DNA of 64,000 bases, taken from the IMG/VR virus record IMGVR_UViG_3300028797_000094, positions 102,524-166,523 of that record; one strand, given 5' to 3'. The notes beneath the pieces were generated by a model. The model saw nothing but the letters and a program-made list of their open reading frames with translations. It made no database searches and was not told the DNA's origin. Every line of letters begins with the position of its first letter. The first letter of the stretch is position 1. This DNA comes from a virus (taxonomy: Duplodnaviria; Heunggongvirae; Uroviricota; Caudoviricetes). Both the position numbers and the translations under genes were made by a program. This document shows positions 7,300 through 15,154 of this stretch, piece after piece.

Positions 7300-8130
7300 T
7301 AGTTGTAGAAACACCTTTATAAAAGAATATAAGAATATGACTATCGACGGGTAGTATGACTTAGAAGGTATTATAGAGGAAGGGTTTGAAAGCGGATGCG
7401 AGGCATGTAAGGTCCTACGTCGTAGTTTGGAGCCTAAGAGAAAATTCCGGAATATCTTGTGTATCTTACGCTGGAGTCAATTCGAATTATACGGCCTACG
7501 ATTACTTCGTCGTAGTGAATCTACTATTATAGCTCAGTAGGTAGAGCGGCCGACAATTGTCGGTGATAAACAGCGCGCGACAGCCTTGGTTCGAATCCAA
7601 GTGATAGTAGATCGACTACGGCGACTGATCATCGTCATAATAAAAATTCCTCTATAAAGAAGACCTACTGGTAATGGACTTATAGACTAATGTTGAGAGT
7701 TCTGGAAGAGTCAGTAGGTTGAGGTGGGAGCCATAGCCCAGCAACATTAGGCATAAAACATGGACAGAGACCTGGCTAATAACCGGAGATGCAATGCTGT
7801 AGCTGGAGGCAGCTTAGATATATTACTACTGATATAGTATATATTGAACCAATATTCGAGGCGAAGACATTCTTCATTACTATGCTTTAAATCCCAGTAG
7901 CACGACCTGTATCAGCAGGCGAAATGTGAAATGTGAACGGTACTATTTTTATTATTAGTGGTTAGCCAACGACGAATAAGATCTTTACAACACGGTCTGT
8001 TGAATAAGCGTTGGACAGGAACTTTAGCATCTCAAAGCTAAAAAAGAATTTAGAATCTCAAAACTAAATTCCCAAGAAAGGTAAGCTCGGCCGTTAAACC
8101 TTTACACTGATATTAAGAATAGTTTTTTTA
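7300..8130 (+). ncRNA. GC-richer non-coding island downstream of middle promoter 7286-7293; no ORF in any frame; contains a tRNA-like gene and several local dyads
   Basis: Composition visibly shifted from the ~70% AT background; six-frame track empty; repeated CGTCGTAG words; ends at the early-promoter cassette 8143-8199. Confidence 0.4.
7523..7609 (+). tRNA. tRNA-like gene with atypical anticodon arm; candidate suppressor, isotype undetermined
   Basis: 7-bp acceptor stem ACTATTA/TGATAGT; canonical D-arm GCTCAGTAGGTAGAGC; canonical T-arm CTTGGTTCGAATCCAAG. The central segment is the perfect palindrome CCGACAATTGTCGG plus ~19 extra nt, so no standard 7-nt anticodon loop is visible by eye. Confidence 0.45.
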
Positions 8131-8142
8131 TTTTATTTAATC

Positions 8143-8199
8143 TATGAAAGCGTTTTCATAAAATAAATCGTTTACAAATGTTTTTATTTGTGGTATAAT
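8143..8199 (+). promoter_or_regulatory. early promoter cassette 6: TATGAAAGCGTTTTCATA, then TTTACA, 17 nt, TGGTATAAT
   Basis: As cassette 1. Confidence 0.7.
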
Positions 8200-8234
8200 A
8201 TTATTGTAAATGATTAATGAATGAGGTGTGAATT

Positions 8235-8879
8235 ATGTATATCTTTTGGATGATTGTTGTTATTCTTATTTGTGTATGGTGTATAATTGCTTACCCAGTT
8301 ATAAATGCAATTAAAACTAATAGCGAGAAAAAAAGAAAAGAAAAAGAATTTAAAAAGAATGAAGAAGAAAGGCTCGCTTATTTACAAAGCGATAAGTATA
8401 GACAAGAACAAGAAAGACTTGCACAAGAAAGAAAGCATGAAGAAGAACTTGCTAAACGTAGAGCAGCTTATGCTGAGCAACAAAGACAAAAAGCAATTGC
8501 TGCTAAGCGAGCAAGAGCTTTAGCTGAAGCTAAGTATTTAGCTGGCTTTGCTACTATGTCTGTTAAAGAATTTTTTGCTTTACGTGAAAAGAAAAGAAAT
8601 ACAGATAACTTTACTGGCGTTTACATTCTACATAATGAAACAAAGAATATGTATTATGTTGGGCAAGCAACTAAAATATTTGATAGAGTTAATAATCATT
8701 TTACGGGCAAAGGTAATGGTAATGTTTATGCAGATTATAAATATAAAAATATATTTACAATTAAACTATTGCCGTTAGCTAAAAGTGAATTTACTTCATT
8801 AGATAAAATGGAAAAGTATTATATAAATAAATTTAATGCAAATACAAAAGGTTATAATAAAACTGCTGGAAATAATTAA
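8235..8879 (+). CDS. GIY-YIG nuclease-domain protein with N-terminal TM helix and charged coiled-coil
   Basis: GVYILHNETKNMYYVGQATKIFDRVNNHF matches the GIY...YIG...R...N motif; downstream of early promoter 8171-8199. Confidence 0.55.
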   Translation: MYIFWMIVVILICVWCIIAYPVINAIKTNSEKKRKEKEFKKNEEERLAYLQSDKYRQEQERLAQERKHEEELAKRRAAYAEQQRQKAIAAKRARALAEAKYLAGFATMSVKEFFALREKKRNTDNFTGVYILHNETKNMYYVGQATKIFDRVNNHFTGKGNGNVYADYKYKNIFTIKLLPLAKSEFTSLDKMEKYYINKFNANTKGYNKTAGNN

Positions 8880-8912
8880 AATCAAAAGTCTATGAAATAC
8901 TAGGCTTTTTAT

Positions 8913-8920
8913 TGTATAAT
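8913..8920 (+). promoter_or_regulatory. middle-type promoter TGTATAAT
   Basis: Same motif. Confidence 0.45.
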
Positions 8921-8938
8921 AGATAAGGAGTTTTTATT

Positions 8939-9472
8939 ATGTTTAAAAAATTTTTTAATTGGCTAATACAAAATATAAAAGATATATTTATAGAAAGTGT
9001 TTGTTTAATTAGTTTTAGTATAAGTTACAGTATTTGGCAAGATGATTTATTATTATTTGGTATTATTGTAAGTGGTGCAGCTTTGCTTATATCAGGTATA
9101 ATATATTTAGTTAAACATTTTAAGTATTATAAAAAAATATGTAGTGAAGAATATAAGAGTAAATTTAAAGATATATATTCTATTTATGATAGTTTATTAA
9201 AAGACGAAAAAAATTTATTTTATAACTTATTTAGAAAACACAAAATAGCCAAGACTACCAGAGATTTTCCAGATCCTGCCTGGTCGAGTAAATTTAGAGA
9301 AATTACAAAATTAGACTTAGAAGATGATGATAGTAATAAAATTATTAACTGTCAATTAATTGCAGATGAAACAGGAGCATACTATCTTTTTAGTTTAAGA
9401 AATGGTATAAGAAGATATTACACTAAAAGACTTATTAAAAAAGTTATAAAATATTATAATAAAAATATATAA
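8939..9472 (+). CDS. hypothetical membrane protein
   Basis: ORF in track; N-terminal hydrophobic segments; middle promoter 8913-8920. Confidence 0.45.
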   Translation: MFKKFFNWLIQNIKDIFIESVCLISFSISYSIWQDDLLLFGIIVSGAALLISGIIYLVKHFKYYKKICSEEYKSKFKDIYSIYDSLLKDEKNLFYNLFRKHKIAKTTRDFPDPAWSSKFREITKLDLEDDDSNKIINCQLIADETGAYYLFSLRNGIRRYYTKRLIKKVIKYYNKNI

Positions 9473-9478
9473 ATTCAT

Positions 9479-9486
9479 TGTATAAT
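9479..9486 (+). promoter_or_regulatory. middle-type promoter TGTATAAT
   Basis: Same motif. Confidence 0.45.
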
Positions 9487-9518
9487 AATATAGATATAAA
9501 TTTTATTAGGAGGCATTT

Positions 9519-10298
9519 ATGATAAATAAAACTATTTTAAACAAAAAACCTAAACAAGGATATGGCTTTGTTTATAGATATTTCTATGAGCCAGAACCAA
9601 ATTCAGACTATGTAGGAAGCACTGAATATTCTTTAAAAGAACGCGCAGGTAAGTATGGTAAAGAATATGATAAGTGTCCAGGTATATCTGATCTAATACA
9701 TAGAGTCGGATATATTAATTTAACAGTAGAGATACTTGGTGAATATCCTATAGCTGAGTTAGAACAAAAAGAACGTTACTGGCAAGAACATTTTAATGCA
9801 GTAGAGATCGGATATAATCAAAAGTATAGTAGTGAGCATAAAAAGATTACAGTTCGTTATGGTGAAACTTATTATCCAAATAACACTATGTCTAAATATA
9901 TCAAGTCAGATGATTCAACTGCTATATTTGATAGCTTTATTTATGAAGAACTATTTGCTAACGACAAACGAGAGATTGGTCCTACAAATAGAAAAGACTA
10001 TTATGATAGTCCTAAGAGTAGAATGAAAGGCTATGCTCCACTTACTTTAAATAGTGAGGATGGTAATCATACTGTCTTACAAAGAATAGCTGAATATGTT
10101 TTAGGCTATTATAAAGTAGGTATAGTTCGTTTTGGCAGTCTTTTAAACAGAGTCTGTACATTAGATAATATTGTTATTAGTGGAACTAATAAAACTTTAT
10201 TAGATGTCTGGAAAGAAAATGGTTATAAGCCAGCAGTAAAATTAAATACTGTTGCAAACAAAGTAAAATCAACATATATTCAAACAAGTTTATTTTAA
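9519..10298 (+). CDS. GIY-YIG homing-endonuclease-like protein
   Basis: GFVYRYFYEPEPNSDYVGSTEYSLKERAGKYG (GIY-YIG core); RBS AGGAGG; middle promoter 9479-9486. Confidence 0.55.
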   Translation: MINKTILNKKPKQGYGFVYRYFYEPEPNSDYVGSTEYSLKERAGKYGKEYDKCPGISDLIHRVGYINLTVEILGEYPIAELEQKERYWQEHFNAVEIGYNQKYSSEHKKITVRYGETYYPNNTMSKYIKSDDSTAIFDSFIYEELFANDKREIGPTNRKDYYDSPKSRMKGYAPLTLNSEDGNHTVLQRIAEYVLGYYKVGIVRFGSLLNRVCTLDNIVISGTNKTLLDVWKENGYKPAVKLNTVANKVKSTYIQTSLF

Positions 10299-10378
10299 TA
10301 TTTAATTCAATAAATGCGGCTTGAAATTTAACCCAGGTCGCATTTTTATTTTTCTTTAAATAAATTATATATATTTAT

Positions 10379-10386
10379 TGTATAAT
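10379..10386 (+). promoter_or_regulatory. middle-type promoter TGTATAAT
   Basis: Same motif. Confidence 0.45.
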
Positions 10387-10409
10387 ATAATATAAAGAGG
10401 TATATTATT

Positions 10410-10784
10410 ATGTTTAAAAAGAAAACTAAAAAAGATTTAGCTAAAGAAGAACCTGTTAATAATGATGTAGAACAAGAAGAAGAAATTGTTAAAAGAACTT
10501 GTCCTGATGCTAATACTGCTATTACTATTGTTAGAGATGCTATTAGAGATTATGTTTCATGTATCTGTAATATAAGTAAACAACATAGAACTGATATTAA
10601 TACTTGTGTGCAATATTTAATTGATTATGTTAAAGAACATAATGAAATAGATACTGTTATTAATAATATTGATGATAATAGTCTAATTCAATATTCTAAT
10701 ACTTTTGAGCGCAATGGTTATGTTATTGATATTAAGATTAATAAAAGTTGTGAGGCAAAACAAAAGGAAGAGCATAATGATTAA
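10410..10784 (+). CDS. hypothetical protein
   Basis: ORF in track; middle promoter 10379-10386; RBS AGAGG. Confidence 0.5.
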   Translation: MFKKKTKKDLAKEEPVNNDVEQEEEIVKRTCPDANTAITIVRDAIRDYVSCICNISKQHRTDINTCVQYLIDYVKEHNEIDTVINNIDDNSLIQYSNTFERNGYVIDIKINKSCEAKQKEEHND

Positions 10785-11151
10785 ACCTGGTCAAAAGAGA
10801 AAAACATTATATACTAATGCATTTGATTATATAAACAAAGAATTTGTATATAAAACAATAAAAAAGAATTACTATGTTATTGACTGTAGAAGTTATACTG
10901 AGGGCTATTATGGTTTCCATGATTCTACTTGGGCTATTGATGAATGTCAGTGGCTATTTACTGAAGAAGACTTGGATAAAGTAAATGATTATAATAGTGA
11001 ATCTATGTATATCCTTTATTCTGAAAGACCTTATAGTAAAGAAGAAATGCAAGATAAAGTTAAAGAATTTTTAGATGCTAAGAAACAAAGATATATCAAT
11101 AGAATTGATGAAATTATTAATCAGGTTTTAAAAGCAACTACTAATGTTTAG
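10777..11151 (+). CDS. hypothetical protein (start moved to ATG with RBS AAGGAAG)
   Basis: Same frame as track ORF 10705..11151; overlaps the preceding stop by 8 nt. Confidence 0.45.
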   Translation: MIKPGQKRKTLYTNAFDYINKEFVYKTIKKNYYVIDCRSYTEGYYGFHDSTWAIDECQWLFTEEDLDKVNDYNSESMYILYSERPYSKEEMQDKVKEFLDAKKQRYINRIDEIINQVLKATTNV

Positions 11152-11164
11152 AGGGAACTAAATT

Positions 11165-12280
11165 ATGGATTATAAAGGAATTAAAATTTATAATAAAATA
11201 ACAATAGTAGAAAAGACTATGACCACTGAAGATGGATATAACTGGCGTGGTAGAACAGTTAATCAAGGTTATGTAGTAGATACAGGAAATAAGAAGATGC
11301 TTGATACTGCTTTACGCTGGGCTGAGTGGACTTACTATGATCGAGACCTTAATGATAAATATTGGGAAGCTAGAAATAAATTTGGCCATGATAGTAAAGA
11401 AGCAAAAGAAGCTGAAGCTGCTTATGATGCCACTAGAAAAAAGATAGAAGGAATAACTCATGAATATGACAATGGAACATTTACTATTACTTTATCTGAA
11501 TCTGCCAGTGGCTCTAGTCAAGGTGGAAAGTTATCTTTCTGGAATTGTATCATTACAGCTCCTGATGGAAATAGCTTTTTAGTGGGTATTAACTCAGAAC
11601 TATTATTACATCTACTTATGTCAACTACTTTTATTAATGGAACTTGTCAAGAAAAAGTTTGGTTAGGTAGAATTGGTGGGACTCAAGTTGGTGTATTCAC
11701 TGAAGCTATGGAAGATTTTAAACAAGCTAAGTTAGATGAAGAACAAAGAACTGCTGTTAAGAATGCAAGTAATAAATATGTTCCTGGTGATATAGTAGGA
11801 ACACTAAAAGAGAAACAATTATATCTTGGAAGTATTTATAAATATTATTCTATTGAACAAGGTTATAGATATGCTGATAAATATATTGTTATATATGATA
11901 AACCAAAACTAGTTCATATTTTTAGAGGCTTCTATAAACATTGGAAAACAGGTGAAGAAGAATTAGATAGTTATTTTAATGAAACACTTACTAAGCCTAA
12001 ACGACTTGTACTTGATCATATGGATTTAGATGAGTCTGTAGCTGACTATGTTAGTAATTATACTAAACAAAAATTTGATAATTCATTAACTGATAAAAAT
12101 AAATATTCATGGTATGCAGCAGAAAATTTATTGATGTATGGCACTGATGATACTTGCGATAAAGAAGCAATTAAAAAATCATTGTCTGACTTATATGATA
12201 AATGTGAGCGACCTTATTGGACGTTAGACCGTGAATATACATTTTTAACTGAAGAAAAATATAAAGAGATGTTTAAATAA
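11165..12280 (+). CDS. hypothetical protein (371 aa); uses TGG for all Trp
   Basis: ORF in track; RBS GAGGGAA. Confidence 0.55.
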   Translation: MDYKGIKIYNKITIVEKTMTTEDGYNWRGRTVNQGYVVDTGNKKMLDTALRWAEWTYYDRDLNDKYWEARNKFGHDSKEAKEAEAAYDATRKKIEGITHEYDNGTFTITLSESASGSSQGGKLSFWNCIITAPDGNSFLVGINSELLLHLLMSTTFINGTCQEKVWLGRIGGTQVGVFTEAMEDFKQAKLDEEQRTAVKNASNKYVPGDIVGTLKEKQLYLGSIYKYYSIEQGYRYADKYIVIYDKPKLVHIFRGFYKHWKTGEEELDSYFNETLTKPKRLVLDHMDLDESVADYVSNYTKQKFDNSLTDKNKYSWYAAENLLMYGTDDTCDKEAIKKSLSDLYDKCERPYWTLDREYTFLTEEKYKEMFK

Positions 12281-12323
12281 AAACATCTTTTTTTAATTAT
12301 TTTAATTTAAAGTAATTTTTTAT

Positions 12324-12331
12324 TGTATAAT
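12324..12331 (+). promoter_or_regulatory. middle-type promoter TGTATAAT
   Basis: Same motif. Confidence 0.45.
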
Positions 12332-12361
12332 AATATAGAAGAAATATGAAAGGAAATAATA

Positions 12362-12589
12362 ATGAATAGTAAAGAATTAGTAGAAAGACTTATTAATATT
12401 CTAACTGAGGCAGCTGATCGTAGAGTTGCTGTATATAAAGTTGATGAACATGGTAATGTTGAAATTACTGGTTATAGAATTCCTGACTTAGGAGAAACAC
12501 TTAAATTTATTACTGATAGACTATATGCTATTAAAGATGAAATAGAAACTTCTGAAAATATTGCACAAGATTTAGAAGATATTAAATGA
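12362..12589 (+). CDS. hypothetical protein
   Basis: ORF in track; middle promoter 12324-12331. Confidence 0.5.
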   Translation: MNSKELVERLINILTEAADRRVAVYKVDEHGNVEITGYRIPDLGETLKFITDRLYAIKDEIETSENIAQDLEDIK

Positions 12590-12605
12590 GAAATGGAACA
12601 TAACA

Positions 12606-13073
12606 ATGATTAAGATTAAAAGAAATCCAAATGGAGATAGCAGAACAGTTACTAAGCCAGCGTCTTTTAGTGACTTTCATAAAGCTAATGTCGATCATAT
12701 TAAAGATGTTAATGCTGTGATGAAAGCTCTTGCCAGTAGATTAAGAGCTCAAGGAAAGATTCATGATAACACTAAATTAAAATATGAAAATGAATTCTAT
12801 GAAAATTATTTAGATGATATTATAAATAAAAAAGATTTTGTATCTAACACTTGGTATCAAAAACATATTCATGAAGAAAAACATCATCCATTTAGTTATT
12901 GCCATGAAGATATAAATCTATTAGATATTATAGAAACTATTGTTGACTGTACTTGTGCAGGTAAAGCAAGAAGTGGTGAAATAAGACCATTAGAATTCAA
13001 TGAAAAAATACTAAAGAAAGCTGTTACTAATACAGTTAAACTAATAGATGAAATGACTGAGGTCGAAGAATAA
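12606..13073 (+). CDS. hypothetical protein, possible HD-domain phosphohydrolase
   Basis: FHKANVDH...GKIHDNTK...HIHEEKHH resembles the H...HD...H pattern; weak. Confidence 0.3.
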   Translation: MIKIKRNPNGDSRTVTKPASFSDFHKANVDHIKDVNAVMKALASRLRAQGKIHDNTKLKYENEFYENYLDDIINKKDFVSNTWYQKHIHEEKHHPFSYCHEDINLLDIIETIVDCTCAGKARSGEIRPLEFNEKILKKAVTNTVKLIDEMTEVEE

Positions 13074-13369
13074 TGAAATATACAGTTAAAGTTAAACAAA
13101 TCATTAGTAGCAATGGAAAATATAATTCAAAAAGATATAATAAAGTTTCTAAAAGAATAATTAGATTTTTAGTAAATAATAAATTTAGTTTTTCTATAGG
13201 TCTAACTCCAAGATATACTGTAAATTGTAAGCAAGCTGAAAATTATATTGAAGTTTATGAAAAAAACATACTTCCATTTGCAGCAAATAATAAGGAATCT
13301 GAAGAGAATGAAAGATTAAATAAAATTCTTTATGATAAACTTTATAGAATGTCAAAAGGAAGAAGATAA
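13073..13369 (+). CDS. hypothetical basic protein
   Basis: ORF in track. Confidence 0.45.
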   Translation: MKYTVKVKQIISSNGKYNSKRYNKVSKRIIRFLVNNKFSFSIGLTPRYTVNCKQAENYIEVYEKNILPFAANNKESEENERLNKILYDKLYRMSKGRR

Positions 13370-13563
13370 TGACTAAGACTGAGATTGTAGAAAAAATAAA
13401 AGAACAAACAGACCATTATATTTGGGCAAGTGATATAGATTCATATATTAAAGGCTATTTAGATGCATTGTGCAATGCTTATGAAATCACTTGGGATGAT
13501 AGAATAGAAATTGAAAATATGCTAAATGAAACAGAGGAGATAGAAGATGAAGAAGAAAATTAA
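13369..13563 (+). CDS. hypothetical protein
   Basis: ORF in track. Confidence 0.45.
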   Translation: MTKTEIVEKIKEQTDHYIWASDIDSYIKGYLDALCNAYEITWDDRIEIENMLNETEEIEDEEEN

Positions 13564-13735
13564 AGACTTAACATTAGATGAAGTACACAATCTATGTCAA
13601 AAGTTTGAAAGCTGTTCAGATTGTCCGTTATGTGTTGGTGGAGATGAATATAGAGGAATGCTTCTATGTGATCCTGAACCACTTAAAGACCCAAAAGAAT
13701 TTAATAAAGAAATTGAGGTAGAAGATGAAAGATAG
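13547..13735 (+). CDS. small Cys-rich (zinc-ribbon-like) protein
   Basis: CQKFESCSDCPLC...LLC pattern. Confidence 0.4.
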   Translation: MKKKIKDLTLDEVHNLCQKFESCSDCPLCVGGDEYRGMLLCDPEPLKDPKEFNKEIEVEDER

Positions 13736-13997
13736 AAAGATATTAGTAGAAGTTACTCCAGAAGAATATGAAAAGATAGTCGCTGGAAATTTAGATGCTA
13801 CTTTAGAAACATTTTCTACTGAGCAGTTAGTCAATGAATTAACAAAAAGAACTGAAGATAAACGTGTTGTATCAGCAGGTTATAATATGGCAAGTATGGC
13901 AAGTAAAGAGATACTTGTTGGAACAATAGAATTAAGTAAAGATAGAGCACTAAGTGAGATACAAGTATTTGAATGGAGTTTAAAATTTAAATGGTAG
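13725..13997 (+). CDS. hypothetical protein
   Basis: ORF in track. Confidence 0.45.
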   Translation: MKDRKILVEVTPEEYEKIVAGNLDATLETFSTEQLVNELTKRTEDKRVVSAGYNMASMASKEILVGTIELSKDRALSEIQVFEWSLKFKW

Positions 13998-14881
13998 ATA
14001 AAAGAAAAGAAGAATTAGAATTTGGTAAACAAATGGATAGGTCACCTGACAAGCAAGAGGTTGCTGATTTAGTTGTTAAATATGAAAGAACTAATGTATT
14101 AGACCTTGGAGCTGGTACAGGTATTATTAGTAGATTAATTGCTGAGCATGAAATTCATTGTGATGCTGTTGATAATAACTTTAAAGCTGATGTTAAGGAT
14201 ACTAAATATATTAGATATTATTCAAATGATTTAATACAATTTATAAAAGATAGAATTAAAACAGATAAGACAATAGCTTATTATATGGCTAATGGCTCAG
14301 TATTAGCAAAGCCACTAAAGAAATATGATTGTATTGTTTTATCAGCAGTTCTTCATGAATTAAGTAAGAAAGATTTTAACTATTTAAAAAAGAATTTATA
14401 TAAGATAATGAGTGATGATTGTATTATCATTATTCGTGAACCTTATTATGTAAAAGTTAAACTTTGTGGTGGCACATACTATCTTCCTTATTATAGTAAA
14501 CAAGAACAAGACCTTACTATTGAAGAAATAGAAAATGTTACTTGTCCAAAATTTAAAGAACTATTTAGATCAACTAAGAAAGTTAGTGGAAGAAAAGTTC
14601 CATATCCAATTGAAGTTCTTAATATGGCATTTACTTTTTCTTATGGTGAAGCTAGTTGGGAAAGAGAAGTTAATGAATATAGATATACTTTTAGTTATAA
14701 AGACTTAAAGAAGTTCTGTGATGCTGCATATAAATATGACCACTTTATTTTAGAAGAAGTAAAGTTTGATCACAGTTATAAAAAATATTTTAATGCTTAT
14801 GGCTATTCTGACAATGTATTACAGTCTATTGATTATACTAATGGGCTATTAATTGCATTGCCAAGTAAATATGAAAAATAA
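13991..14881 (+). CDS. class I SAM-dependent methyltransferase
   Basis: Motif I VLDLGAGTGIISRL; acidic residue after beta-2 (HCDAVD). Confidence 0.55.
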   Translation: MVDKRKEELEFGKQMDRSPDKQEVADLVVKYERTNVLDLGAGTGIISRLIAEHEIHCDAVDNNFKADVKDTKYIRYYSNDLIQFIKDRIKTDKTIAYYMANGSVLAKPLKKYDCIVLSAVLHELSKKDFNYLKKNLYKIMSDDCIIIIREPYYVKVKLCGGTYYLPYYSKQEQDLTIEEIENVTCPKFKELFRSTKKVSGRKVPYPIEVLNMAFTFSYGEASWEREVNEYRYTFSYKDLKKFCDAAYKYDHFILEEVKFDHSYKKYFNAYGYSDNVLQSIDYTNGLLIALPSKYEK

Positions 14882-14903
14882 ATAGAAAGGAAACTTAATT
14901 ATT

Positions 14904-15071
14904 ATGTTAGATGAATTAGGACTTTTAGTAGAAGCTTTTAAGGATCACATCAGAGTAAATGTTACTATGAAGACTGTTGAAATTTATAATGAGCATGGAG
15001 TTCAAATGGTTCTTCGCGACTTAGACGAAGCAACATATGAAACATTTAAGAATTTGTTTTATAATTTCTAA
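14904..15071 (+). CDS. hypothetical small protein (55 aa)
   Basis: RBS GAAAGGAAA; open to TAA; followed by hairpin and T-run. Confidence 0.35.
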   Translation: MLDELGLLVEAFKDHIRVNVTMKTVEIYNEHGVQMVLRDLDEATYETFKNLFYNF

Positions 15072-15114
15072 AACTAAATAAATAATTGCCGGCAGTAAAA
15101 TGTCGGCTTTTATT

Positions 15115-15126
15115 TTTGCTAAATTA
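15115..15126 (+). promoter_or_regulatory. late-promoter box TTTGCTAAATTA
   Basis: Box recurs 11 times (10 plus, 1 minus), always 30-60 nt upstream of genes that contain TGA=Trp or are structural. Confidence 0.55.
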
Positions 15127-15154
15127 TATGATTTAAAAAAATGAGGTATAGCTT

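Noticed and set aside
7523-7609. tmRNA or selenocysteine tRNA
   Set aside because: A canonical D-arm is present (tmRNA lacks one). There is no tag-peptide reading frame ending in ALAA. The Sec-tRNA features (8-bp acceptor, 6-bp D-stem, UCA anticodon) are not present.
10307-10345. Terminator call after 9519..10298
   Set aside because: The dyad AATGCG...CGCATT has a 20-nt loop and is weak. A T-run is present, but I did not list it as a confident terminator.
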